From a virus (taxonomy: Duplodnaviria; Caudoviricetes), in the IMG/VR virus record IMGVR_UViG_3300005611_000014, positions 6,080-70,079 of that record: DNA of 64,000 bases, one strand, 5' to 3'. Each line of letters begins with the position of its first letter. Position 1 is the first letter of the stretch. Made by a program: the position numbers and the translations under genes. The notes below the pieces were generated by a model. It had not been told where the DNA came from. It was given only the letters and a program-made list of their open reading frames with translations, and did no database searches. Shown here in pieces: positions 11,101 through 20,452 of the stretch.

Positions 11101-14100
11101 CTAATTCTTTATTTTGTTTAAACGCTTTAGTATTTCTAAAAATATATTCGTAGAGTTTTTGCGCTTCTTCTTTTTCAGATGCAGTAGGATTAGGATTAGG
11201 ATAGAAATCTTCAGCAGTAATATTACGCTCTGCCGCCATAAATAATTTACGTATTTTCTTAAGCGTGACAGCATCGCCTTTACCATCTAATAAGTGATGA
11301 CTGATATGGTGCAGTAATTCGTGTACATACACTTCCGGTGCAGATAAGAAAGACGTATTAGCTCCTGTAGCTGTGCCTAGAGCGATTTCTATTAAAGGTC
11401 TATCTCTGGCATGGAATCTACCCATAGTAACGTCAGACGTATTATCTATAGCCACATTGATAGGCTTCATAACATTCTGTATCAGCGTATTTACTACGCC
11501 TTTCAAATGTTGGCTATGTTGTGTACTTACGCCCCGTGGATCAGCCATTTCAAGTTGATCGTACAAATTCAAAACATTGTTAGTATCCACTGCTTGAGTA
11601 GAAGATGTATTGAATGTTCCTTGCGAAGAAGTAGAACCAAATAAATCTAATTGATTTTGTTTATCTAAGGCACGTTGTATATCTTTAAGCCCGGTATCTA
11701 CTAAACTTTCTACCTGTTCTTCTTCTGTTTTACCTTTAGGTTTTAAAGGAGGAGTATCACCATCCACTTTATATGCAGCATTATGTAAGAAATACTGATC
11801 CACCGATTTAATCTGATCAAACTTGGCACGATTATTTAGCAAGCTTGTATTAATAGCCTGTGCTTCATTTTTAATTTCTTCAAGAACTGAATCAGTAGCG
11901 TCATAAGGTACTCCATCAAAAGTACTTATTGCTTCTTGTAAAAGACTTGTGTATTCAGGATTATTTAAAGCTTCCGTAAACATGTTATACATACGGTGAT
12001 AAGGGTTATTCTTAACGTCTTTCAATAAATTAAGAATAGTTTTATTCGTATTTATTACACCTTCTCTAGCTGTAACAACAGAATGTCCGTTAGAATCATG
12101 CTGGTTAGTAGCAGGAGAATGAGAAATAGTATCTAAAGTGGTAGCACCATCTATGTTATGGATGGACATTACAGGTAAACCTACACCTAATGCGGAAAGT
12201 GTACGACTTCTTCCTGTACCTGCTAAAGATAGTGAACGTGTAACCTTGTTTTCTATTTCCCCTTTACTATTTTGAGTAACTCTATTGGAAGCAAAAGAGT
12301 AAGTATCTACCCCTTCTTGAATTTGATCCAACAAAGCTAATTCGCTTTCTGTTAAGTTAGGATTGCTGCCTGCTGCTTCTAGTGTAGAAGATAAAGCGGA
12401 AATAAAAGTATAAGGAGTAGGGTTAGTACTTCCTTTCTTAGCTGCAGTGTATTCTGCACCATAAGTACTTTTAACAAAGCTTTTAGGAGAAGCAGCAATT
12501 ACTTTATGTAGGTTCTTTAAAGCTTCTAAACTATCAGCTTTATTGCCTATTTTGGTTTGTGTTCCACCTAATACACTACGCAGCATACCTATCTTAGTAG
12601 CTATAGAGGCATCTTCTGTAGCTGAAGATACGCCTTTGATAGACTTGTATAAGTCTACGCCTTCACCTTCTACAGAGTTAAGTAAATCAAAGTTACGAAA
12701 TACACCAATCTTTTCTACTTGTTCTTTTATTTTTTCTACTCTAGAAGTAGATAGATCAGTAACGATACCGTTGTTTATGTTGCTATTCATTGTTGCAACT
12801 AATTCAACTGCTTCAGCTAAACTTCTAGGACTAACAGTATCTATCTTATTATCTCTAATATACTTCTGTTCTGCAGCACTAGCTTTATTGCTGCCTAGCT
12901 TTTGAATTAAAGCATTAAAGTATATTTTGTAATAGCTCGCTATATAACCTTTAGAGAGAGTAATTGCCATCTTATTCATGGACTCTCTGTTATATATAAA
13001 TGTACCTAGTACTTCATTAGCAGGAGCTTGCAACGATAGTTCGTAGATAGCTTTCATTGCTACACGCATTCTAAATTCTGTATTCTTAGGTAACAATTTA
13101 GGCTTAACAATAGCCTTTTTATTTTTAAATGTTACATAAGGGAAGTAATTAAAATCAGGAGCAACATCAGTAAAATCTCTATAAAACTGATTCACTTTAT
13201 CTACGTACTCATTAAATTCAGTCATTTCTTCTCTAGATGTAGGTACACGTATAAGCTTCTCATACATTTCATCTATATGGTAAGTAACTGCATCTGTTGC
13301 AGCCGTACCTAATCCTGCCCCAAAACCAAACATAGTAGTCGGTAGCTTTCCTGCGCTTCTATCAAAAGAGAAAACGTTAGTAATGCTTTCTTTTAAGGAG
13401 ATTAAAGCAGGGTGTATTTCTTTACGGCTTAATTTAAATACAGCTCTGAAATATTTAACTACCCCTGGAACTGAAGCGTAACCATCCGGTGAGCTTACAA
13501 ATTCACTTGAGCCTATCATGTTATCTAGGTATTCAGGGAAACTATCACCTAATACTTTTGTCCATGCCTCACTTACTTTAGAGTAAATATCTTTATTACC
13601 TTCTTGAGTAATCCATTCATCAAAAGACATATTAGGATCTACGTAGAAACCACCTGCAGCCATTAGCTCAAAGAAGTTAGCACCATTGATTCCCATTAAG
13701 CCAATACCAATAACTACACCGTTTGTAGTACCGTCAGCGTCTACACGTAAAGTGCTTTCAAACTCACCATCAGGATTATATTTAGCTAGCTCACTTAGAA
13801 CGTATAAGCCATCAGCATTCGCACCGTATTTTTCAGCAAACTCTATAATTGTATTCTCATCTTCTGCACTTACTGTTTCTTCAGTACTTGCTCTAGCATA
13901 TGCGTCTGAAGCAGTTTTATACAGTTCTGAGTTATAGACTTCATCAAAAACAGGAGCAATATCCTTAAGCTTCATGTTATTGGTTTTATACCCAAGCTTA
14001 TCTAGAATGCTTGATTTATACGAAAGCATCTGTGCAGTATTTTGTCCATTAACTGTCCGTTTAAAATCGGCTAAACCAGATAAAGCTCTGTGTAACTTAG

Positions 14101-17100
14101 AAGTCTGTGGATTGAATATAGAGCTTTCATAACCAAAACGTCTATGTGTCCACGCAACTACTTTAAGATAAAAAGGTTTAGTACCTTGTTCGGTTGTTTT
14201 ATAGAAATCCAGTAAGTTATCAACTTCCCGTACAAGTCCTGTATTTTTACCATTTTCGATACTGCCTACTTTATTCGCAGGCATTTTACTACGATCCACT
14301 ACAACACCTGTTAAACGGTCTTGTGTTTCTGTAGAGAATTTAACAAAAGTATGGCCTGCGTCATTAAAGGTATTGGCGTAATTAGATGCCTTGAGCATTT
14401 TAGCTCTAGTCTCTTCAGGCAAACCTTTACCTCTGTTATTTTTAGAACTAACTGAGCTATACGGCTTAAGAGAAGGAGCTTTAGCTTTACTCTTTAGATT
14501 AAACATTTCACCTAGTAGATTAGGTGCAGCATCTATAGGATTAGTGTGTACATCTGCTTTAGTCTTATCTACTTGATAGAAGGTAATACTAAACGTACTA
14601 TCATAAGTTTTAGTGTCCGATCCAGTTAAGTCATTTAATACTGCACTAGATACATTAGTAAGTTTAACTAGTTTTTGGTTAGCTAAAAATGTCATAGCTA
14701 GATTACCAATACTACTTTCTAGTCTACTTTGAAAAGAAGCAGAATTACCTTTATCTGCTTTTAAACCAAGAATACGTAGGGTATTTTTACCTATATCTTC
14801 CGCAGCAAGTTCTTTGTTATCACCTGCTTCTTCAATAAATGCTCTTTCTGCTTCAGTAACAGGATGATCTTCGTGTCTACCTAAAATACTATTAACAGTA
14901 GGATCATCTAATACTTTCATGATGCGTTTATCATTATTAAGCATTTCTACTGTTGCACCGTATACTGCAGATATGAAGTTGTCTGAGTAATTTTTATTAT
15001 CTTCTGTAAATAGTAGAGTTGGAGATTTTCTAAATACTTCTACCCTACGGAAAGCATCACTTTCAGCTACTTTAACTACTTTCTTAAATGCTTCTCTAAA
15101 CGTAGCTTCGTTTGCTAGAAACTCAGTAGTTGCAGCAAGTCTATTAGCAGGACTTGTATTTTCATCTATGTTTTTAAAATACTTCTGAATAAAACCTTTA
15201 GTGTTTTCTCTAGCAATATCCATGAATGGCGCAGAGTATTGACGTAAATAGCTATTGCCTTTCTTGGCTAATATACGTGCAGGAGCAATAGCCGCTTTAC
15301 CAGAAGCAGTTAACGGTGAAAGTCTATTTAGGAAAACATCTTTGATTTCTCTAAAAGCAGTGGTGTCTACCGCTTCTTCTTCCTCTACGGTTGATTCAGC
15401 AGCAGGAGTTTCTTCTACGCTGTCTACAGGAGCATCTATTACAGTTTCTGTAGTTGCGGGATTGTCTCCTTCTACGTTTATAACAGTAGTGTTTTTTGTG
15501 TTGGTTTCAGAGAAAGCTGCTTCTTCCAGTTCTCTTTTAGTGTTACGAATAACATTACGTAGAACGTCAATCGCATTACCCTGTTTTTCGGTAGGAACGC
15601 CTCCAGTAGCAGCAATATTGTCCCTTATACTTTTTAGTTTGGTAACAGCCTTATTATACTCTTCTTGAGGAGTACCCGGAGCAGGAAAGGTTATGTCGTC
15701 TTCACTATCTACTTCTTCTGCAGGTACGTCAATAACAGTTTCATTTGTACTGTTACTTTCTGCAGAAATAGGCGCTTCTTCTTCTGGAAGATCTATGACT
15801 GTACTCTGGTTAGGATTAGTAACAGGAGCTTTAGCTAGGTTGTCATTATTCACTGCGGATAGATCTGCAACTTCAAGTATATCGCTTGTTTTAAGTTTCT
15901 CTGAAATAATACGAGTTTCGTCTAAAACGCCTTTAAGTGCAGCAGCTTCTTTTTCCATAGTAGCAACTAGACCGCCTGATCTACCATCTATGTATGCTTC
16001 GCCTGTTAAACCTTTAGTATGATTACGGTAGGCAGCAATAGCAGAAGTATATTCAGCAGACGTTGAACCAAACTTATTATATGCATCATATGCCGCTCTA
16101 GCTAATTGGCTTTTCTTTGTATGCGTATCTGTAAAGCGAGTTAATTCTTCTAAACTCTTATTAAAGCTTTCTGTTTTACCTTGTAAAGCAGCACCTTTAG
16201 CAGAGTCATAGTAATACGCAGCACCACGCCAATTCTCCCCATTAAGTTTACCGCCTTCTAGTATAACTTTACTGGTTTTAGGAATAGAGCCATTACCTGT
16301 ACGATTAAGTTCGTTTATAGCTTTACGTGCTTTATATAAAATAGTTAAGTCAGCTCTAGCTTCAGCACTTAAGTTGCTACTAGCTTTTATTGATTTACCT
16401 AAGTTAGCTAAAGTTTTATCATCAAACACTGTAGGATCTGAACCAAATACAGCATACGCTTCCTGTGTACTAATACCGTTAGCTTTCTTGCCTTCTTTTA
16501 AATCTTTAATAAGAGATGCATTAGCATTTTGCTGGTAAGATGTAACCAGTATTCCTACGCTTGCTTGATTCTTATTAGCTGCGGTTGCTTGTGCAAGTAT
16601 AGCTTTCCGTTCTGCAGGATTAGCATCAGGCTTTGAGAGTATTTCCTTGGCTGCTTTATCTAATCTTTCTGTCTCTTCGTTAGCCAATATACTTGTAGTA
16701 TTAATATAATCTTTAATTACTTGGGGTTCTTGGTTCTTAGTAAATACTTTACTTGCTACTCTACTATCTAGTAATCGAGTAACTACTGCACTTTTATTTT
16801 CTACAGGCGTATTTATTAAATCTTTAACCTTATTAGCTTTAACTGTAGCAATTACTGCATCTGTTAATTCTTTATCTTGCTGTACACCATCTACAATATT
16901 AGCTGCTTTACTTACTGCAGTGTTAGCAGTACTTACTGTACCGGAAGTTGTACCTCCCGTAACTGCACCAACTACCGCACCAATACCAGCTTGAGAAGCA
17001 ACACCTGCATCCAGTTTCTGATTTTCGTTAATGGTTCCTTTAATAGCAACATTGCTTGCTAACTGTCCAGCAGCAGATTGACCAAATTCTTCAGCACCTT

Positions 17101-18181
17101 CGTTAAGTGTACCTTTAAGTGTATCACCTAATATTTTACCCAGACCTTGCTTATCAAGTAAGTTACCTAATAACTTATCTGTTCCAGTAAATTTAGATAT
17201 TAATCCCGCAGCCGCACCAGATAGTAAGAAGGTATTAATAAAGCCATTATTACTTAGATCTCGTACTATTTCTTCGTGGTCTTCTCCTTTAGCAATACGT
17301 TCTCGATAAATAGGAGAGTTTTCCATAAGGAATGCGATGTTCTCTGCATTCTTTTCTGTATATTGGTTTATTTCATTTGCTACCTGTACAGCATTAGATG
17401 AGCCTTCAATGGCAGCAATGGAACCAAGAGCAGCAAGAGAAGCCTTTTTATTAGCCATCTGTTTAGCTTGGTTTCGTATCTGCAGCTCTGCCGCTTTTCT
17501 TGCTTCGCCTGTTATTTCTTTACCAATAGAGGCATAGAGCTTTCCTGATTTAGCAGCTTCGGTAATACTCTTTTCTATCTTTTTACGTACAAATCCTGCA
17601 ACACCAGCAGGTGCTACAAAGCTTAGAGAAGACTCTGTACCCATAGAGAGCAAAGCTGCAGGATTCTTTAATACTTCAGAGCCGCCATCTAACGCTCTAC
17701 CTAAAAAGTCCTGAACATGATCTACAACAGAAGCACTACCTTCTATTTGATCAAAAGCAATATCTCTTTCTTGTTCTTTTCGTTCAATGTTTTTAGCTAG
17801 TCTAGCTTCTTGATAAAGCAGTTTATCTGATTTACCTGAATCCAGTAATTCATTAACTCTACCAAAGCCTTCTAAAATATTAGTGGCATCTTCTATAAAG
17901 CCTCCACTTAATAGGTTAGCTGTACCTGCAACAGTTTCCCCTATACTTAGTGCAGACTTAGTTAGATTTATACCTAAATCCGTAACTCGTTCACCGCTTG
18001 TTCTATTTTGCAGTAATGCGTTTTCTTTTGCCGCATTAGACAAATCTACTGAAGATTGAAATAGTTTCTGTTCTGCGGCACGAGTATTAGCTGCTAAACC
18101 ATCTAAAGTAGCTAACTTTCTACTAAGAGCAGAATCTACTTCCTGTTCTTTTGAAGGCTTACGAGGTAAAAAATCTTCCAT
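8114..18181 (-). CDS. Virion-encapsidated RNA polymerase (N4 gp50-like vRNAP), 3355 aa
   Basis: Size and position match. No Cys seen. Motifs: HRRFGY (T/DxxGR region), A (DADGTTNG), B (RSAGKLPTTMFGFGAG) and C (SIHNIDG). C-terminal VHELLH and a terminal region containing ETFVNYDLP. Confidence 0.95.
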   Translation of the reverse strand: MEDFLPRKPSKEQEVDSALSRKLATLDGLAANTRAAEQKLFQSSVDLSNAAKENALLQNRTSGERVTDLGINLTKSALSIGETVAGTANLLSGGFIEDATNILEGFGRVNELLDSGKSDKLLYQEARLAKNIERKEQERDIAFDQIEGSASVVDHVQDFLGRALDGGSEVLKNPAALLSMGTESSLSFVAPAGVAGFVRKKIEKSITEAAKSGKLYASIGKEITGEARKAAELQIRNQAKQMANKKASLAALGSIAAIEGSSNAVQVANEINQYTEKNAENIAFLMENSPIYRERIAKGEDHEEIVRDLSNNGFINTFLLSGAAAGLISKFTGTDKLLGNLLDKQGLGKILGDTLKGTLNEGAEEFGQSAAGQLASNVAIKGTINENQKLDAGVASQAGIGAVVGAVTGGTTSGTVSTANTAVSKAANIVDGVQQDKELTDAVIATVKANKVKDLINTPVENKSAVVTRLLDSRVASKVFTKNQEPQVIKDYINTTSILANEETERLDKAAKEILSKPDANPAERKAILAQATAANKNQASVGILVTSYQQNANASLIKDLKEGKKANGISTQEAYAVFGSDPTVFDDKTLANLGKSIKASSNLSAEARADLTILYKARKAINELNRTGNGSIPKTSKVILEGGKLNGENWRGAAYYYDSAKGAALQGKTESFNKSLEELTRFTDTHTKKSQLARAAYDAYNKFGSTSAEYTSAIAAYRNHTKGLTGEAYIDGRSGGLVATMEKEAAALKGVLDETRIISEKLKTSDILEVADLSAVNNDNLAKAPVTNPNQSTVIDLPEEEAPISAESNSTNETVIDVPAEEVDSEDDITFPAPGTPQEEYNKAVTKLKSIRDNIAATGGVPTEKQGNAIDVLRNVIRNTKRELEEAAFSETNTKNTTVINVEGDNPATTETVIDAPVDSVEETPAAESTVEEEEAVDTTAFREIKDVFLNRLSPLTASGKAAIAPARILAKKGNSYLRQYSAPFMDIARENTKGFIQKYFKNIDENTSPANRLAATTEFLANEATFREAFKKVVKVAESDAFRRVEVFRKSPTLLFTEDNKNYSDNFISAVYGATVEMLNNDKRIMKVLDDPTVNSILGRHEDHPVTEAERAFIEEAGDNKELAAEDIGKNTLRILGLKADKGNSASFQSRLESSIGNLAMTFLANQKLVKLTNVSSAVLNDLTGSDTKTYDSTFSITFYQVDKTKADVHTNPIDAAPNLLGEMFNLKSKAKAPSLKPYSSVSSKNNRGKGLPEETRAKMLKASNYANTFNDAGHTFVKFSTETQDRLTGVVVDRSKMPANKVGSIENGKNTGLVREVDNLLDFYKTTEQGTKPFYLKVVAWTHRRFGYESSIFNPQTSKLHRALSGLADFKRTVNGQNTAQMLSYKSSILDKLGYKTNNMKLKDIAPVFDEVYNSELYKTASDAYARASTEETVSAEDENTIIEFAEKYGANADGLYVLSELAKYNPDGEFESTLRVDADGTTNGVVIGIGLMGINGANFFELMAAGGFYVDPNMSFDEWITQEGNKDIYSKVSEAWTKVLGDSFPEYLDNMIGSSEFVSSPDGYASVPGVVKYFRAVFKLSRKEIHPALISLKESITNVFSFDRSAGKLPTTMFGFGAGLGTAATDAVTYHIDEMYEKLIRVPTSREEMTEFNEYVDKVNQFYRDFTDVAPDFNYFPYVTFKNKKAIVKPKLLPKNTEFRMRVAMKAIYELSLQAPANEVLGTFIYNRESMNKMAITLSKGYIASYYKIYFNALIQKLGSNKASAAEQKYIRDNKIDTVSPRSLAEAVELVATMNSNINNGIVTDLSTSRVEKIKEQVEKIGVFRNFDLLNSVEGEGVDLYKSIKGVSSATEDASIATKIGMLRSVLGGTQTKIGNKADSLEALKNLHKVIAASPKSFVKSTYGAEYTAAKKGSTNPTPYTFISALSSTLEAAGSNPNLTESELALLDQIQEGVDTYSFASNRVTQNSKGEIENKVTRSLSLAGTGRSRTLSALGVGLPVMSIHNIDGATTLDTISHSPATNQHDSNGHSVVTAREGVINTNKTILNLLKDVKNNPYHRMYNMFTEALNNPEYTSLLQEAISTFDGVPYDATDSVLEEIKNEAQAINTSLLNNRAKFDQIKSVDQYFLHNAAYKVDGDTPPLKPKGKTEEEQVESLVDTGLKDIQRALDKQNQLDLFGSTSSQGTFNTSSTQAVDTNNVLNLYDQLEMADPRGVSTQHSQHLKGVVNTLIQNVMKPINVAIDNTSDVTMGRFHARDRPLIEIALGTATGANTSFLSAPEVYVHELLHHISHHLLDGKGDAVTLKKIRKLFMAAERNITAEDFYPNPNPTASEKEEAQKLYEYIFRNTKAFKQNKELAVNGVTLEQNRNHYLHEFFAFGLTNEKLMKALAKPEITEAMNSTDLSRIEPSKYKGINIFVNAANHLLSILGDMLSAFEAKRLGIQGLNGNETLLILAQKLVNTQNDNLTRLSKSAKFINTVNSKALGALSDYVRAPLAKLFPEGKVLGKDVPVVTPALDLVLNKTGLTLESTASVLNEWSRRMGIAKNGFTKSIAREMLGNTSKNAVFTAMLRYSSNYVERERANASLQATKAIQSKYGSILTAEEKDAVYYSLLKSDAGVLLRSNAGNFKQVYDVITNQAARDRAIASTERDLRAITNDTNTLAYYKAQARSLASLNSEGVALLAAGRTLNNAHNIARAVNNSHVTVNNAEDVQPIIDRLITLYTLNTSSNKANAEKIKEIYRKELKAGKSETDNGLLFTMEMYNLHKEKSKKENFFDQESLMIKGYVKEETNPNVALAIAATPEDKADLIRKNYKEVTQLPPDPATGSTESVTLMVNDVGGLRKYMSGIFSLTSLQSKGTGLSNEANAAVQTEADRLNQAHDYTLTPSHLTTVGDYTYSSPVYRYSGTEYVKKNVMQMNTHFDEVLGNMFGAIIDKNNSAMINSKAIDLLVDDFDANYARESTEFTLLTGDEEFYRLLPSDTRRLLESKFNIAALGGIPVREGLIPLVFGQRKLTIGQWADNKLQNSEKSLVNAIGRGMALLGNNSTILKAEVIWQDIMKLIKDIIVVKSGFVLMGNILSNFIVNTVEGISLAKQTKWSMEGTRAVLDYKELRNTLGKLELELQANKRLTSSERLNIKSRISRIEEEIAKNPVKDLIDEGVLQAIIEDVEMEENNFTYLSGLDKLTDPIVSRTPEIIKSVTSQLFITHDTKTYKVLRDATQLSDFVARYALYKHKQETGMEKAEAINYVVETFVNYDLPTHAALQYANDMGFVMFSKFFLRIQKVILRQLVDKPVNVLATLWAQQLLSYDAPDIMDTAFSTSGVTNRSSLLPLGHLDNLLQIPAMEASLTPR

Positions 18182-18198
18182 ATAACACCTAAGTTAAA

Positions 18199-20007
18199 TT
18201 ATTTTAATCGAGAAACAGCAGCCTTGATTTCTTCTAATGAAGAATCTTTTGTAAGATTTTTCAAGGCATCAGGTATATCTGATTTCTTTATTCCTGTTTT
18301 TATAGAAGATTTTAACAGGTTACTGACATCTGAACTCAAACTATCATATGTAAAAGTAAATGGATCAGCGTTACCTAAAGCTCGCGCAATCTCTTTACTG
18401 GAAACAGGTGAGCCTTTAGATAGAGCTGAAGCCAGTACATCACCTTTACCTGCTCTATCCAGCACAGCATATAGATCCATGATTTCTTTATTCTCACCTA
18501 TATCTACTAAAGAGCGTTTATTAGGTACGAGTGTAGATACAGGAGTATCTGGTTTTTCTACTGCAGGGGTTTCTACTGCTTTTTCAACAGGCTTACTTAC
18601 AGGCTTTGCTTTAGCTGCAATTTCTGTTAAATCTTTTTCTTTTTGTACAACAGAAGTAGGAGAAGTCTTACTTTCCGGTTTACCGTATACAACTTCTAAT
18701 GCAGCCTTATGTGCAGCAAGAAATGAAGGGTTTTTATGAATATCTACAGCAGCCAGTGAAGTTTTACCATCAGTAGTTAATTGCTGCATGTACTCGCTTT
18801 TAAATTGTGAAAGTGCAACATCAATGGTTTGTCTTTTAGTTAAAAACTCACTTTGTTTAGCAAGAAGCTTTTCTTTATTAGCTTGCGTCTGCTTTATATC
18901 ATTCATGTGCGTTTTGACAGAAGATTCCACAGTACTCTGGTCTAGCCAATTATCTACATCATTGGGTGCGCGTGAAAGGATAGCAGTGATGTCTTTCATA
19001 GTAATAGGGCGACCCATTACACCTATCTCATTAAATTTTACTTTTTCTGCAGCAGAAATAATATTTCCTACAATGGCTCTACTGTCTTCAGGAGTGTAGC
19101 CAAACTGTTCACTTAATTTAGTAAAAGTAGTTAAGTCATCTGCTGCTACTGGCTCAGAAGAGTTGAAAGCATCTAGTTCAGCCGTAATTTTAGACAAGTC
19201 TGTAGATACTTTTGCAAGTTCAGCTCCTACCGTATTGGCTTCTAAACCAATTAGTCTTTCGCCTTCACTTAAAGCTGCCGCTTCACTAGTTGTAGGTGTA
19301 CGATCCAAAGTAGTTAATTGGAATTTCGCATCATACACTTCTTTTCTAACATCAGGATCTAAATTAGGATCAGATAGTAAGTTATCTAGTGTAGTCATAG
19401 AGCCATTAATATTACCTGTATTCTGTCCACTAAACAGGGCTTCAGCAACAAACGCTTTATTGCGCTTAATTGTTTTTTCTTTTTCTGCTGTAGCTAAGGT
19501 ATTACGTAGTGCTTCGCCTGAAGGACTTTTAATATCCGCAGCAATACGTTTTGCACCTGTTAAATCACCAGCATTATACAGTTCCTGTGCTTTAGCAATT
19601 GCACCTTTGTACTGATTATCTGCTAATGCGTCTTGCTGAGTAGACGCTCTAAGTAAATCTTGGTTTTTATTATATTGTTTATCCCTTACCTGCTTATCTA
19701 AAGTAGTAAGTAATTGCCCTGCTTTAAAAGCATCAGAACCAAATGCATTTTTTAAGTCTACTGAATTTAGTTTATCTTTAAGAATAGCGGCATCTTCTAG
19801 TGTATTTACTTTACTGACTTCTAAGGCAAAGTCTGTAAACCTTTTTTCAGCCGCAACAGCCTCTTGGTTTTTTACATCAGAATGTAAACCTGTAAGGGTA
19901 GCTACTGCATTATCTAAACCTGCAGTAATTTGTTTACTGGATTCCAGATATAAATTAGAGGCAGAGGCATTACTGTTTGTTTTAACTTGCTGAAAAGAAT
20001 TAGCCAT
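18199..20007 (-). CDS. Virion internal/ejection protein (N4 gp51-like)
   Basis: 602 aa, helical, Ala/Lys-rich, no Cys, immediately upstream of vRNAP. Confidence 0.65.
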   Translation of the reverse strand: MANSFQQVKTNSNASASNLYLESSKQITAGLDNAVATLTGLHSDVKNQEAVAAEKRFTDFALEVSKVNTLEDAAILKDKLNSVDLKNAFGSDAFKAGQLLTTLDKQVRDKQYNKNQDLLRASTQQDALADNQYKGAIAKAQELYNAGDLTGAKRIAADIKSPSGEALRNTLATAEKEKTIKRNKAFVAEALFSGQNTGNINGSMTTLDNLLSDPNLDPDVRKEVYDAKFQLTTLDRTPTTSEAAALSEGERLIGLEANTVGAELAKVSTDLSKITAELDAFNSSEPVAADDLTTFTKLSEQFGYTPEDSRAIVGNIISAAEKVKFNEIGVMGRPITMKDITAILSRAPNDVDNWLDQSTVESSVKTHMNDIKQTQANKEKLLAKQSEFLTKRQTIDVALSQFKSEYMQQLTTDGKTSLAAVDIHKNPSFLAAHKAALEVVYGKPESKTSPTSVVQKEKDLTEIAAKAKPVSKPVEKAVETPAVEKPDTPVSTLVPNKRSLVDIGENKEIMDLYAVLDRAGKGDVLASALSKGSPVSSKEIARALGNADPFTFTYDSLSSDVSNLLKSSIKTGIKKSDIPDALKNLTKDSSLEEIKAAVSRLK

Positions 20008-20014
20008 GTAGCAC

Positions 20015-20443
20015 CTATAGTTTTAATTTACGACTTTCTATTTCATCATTTGAAACAGTGCCTGCTTGTAGTTGATTAGCCTGTTTAGCTAATGAAGCCA
20101 TTCGTGTATTGTATTCACTAGCACTAGATCGTGCATTGAATAAATCTATTTTCTTATTATGTTTAAACTCTTTTTTAGCTTGAGACAAACCTTTAAAACC
20201 TAAGAAAGTTTGACCAAGATTGCCTACTAAGTTTAGTGCAGCCAACGAGTTTTTAAACGCATCTGATCCAAGAAAATCAGTTAGTCCATCTTTTTTACCA
20301 AAGTCTAAACTATTGCTGCCGAAGGTATTAGCATCAGTTTTAAATGCAGTGTCTACTGCAGATTCTGAAGGTTTAGCAAATAAGTCAAAACTGCTAAAGT
20401 TATTTTTTTCTTTTTCTTTAAAGAAGCTGAAATCATCTTCCAT
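20015..20443 (-). CDS. Small virion/ejection protein (N4 gp52-like)
   Basis: 142 aa, no Cys, amphipathic segment LAALNLVGNLGQTFLGFKGLSQAKKEF. Synteny agrees. Confidence 0.65.
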   Translation of the reverse strand: MEDDFSFFKEKEKNNFSSFDLFAKPSESAVDTAFKTDANTFGSNSLDFGKKDGLTDFLGSDAFKNSLAALNLVGNLGQTFLGFKGLSQAKKEFKHNKKIDLFNARSSASEYNTRMASLAKQANQLQAGTVSNDEIESRKLKL

Positions 20444-20452
20444 AAAATCACC

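Noticed and set aside
8892-17537. Many + strand ORFs of 60-137 aa inside the vRNAP gene, and similar antisense ORFs within other long genes
   Set aside because: They lie opposite long genes with clear family motifs, lack RBSs, and show the Ser/Leu/Phe-rich composition expected of antisense shadows.
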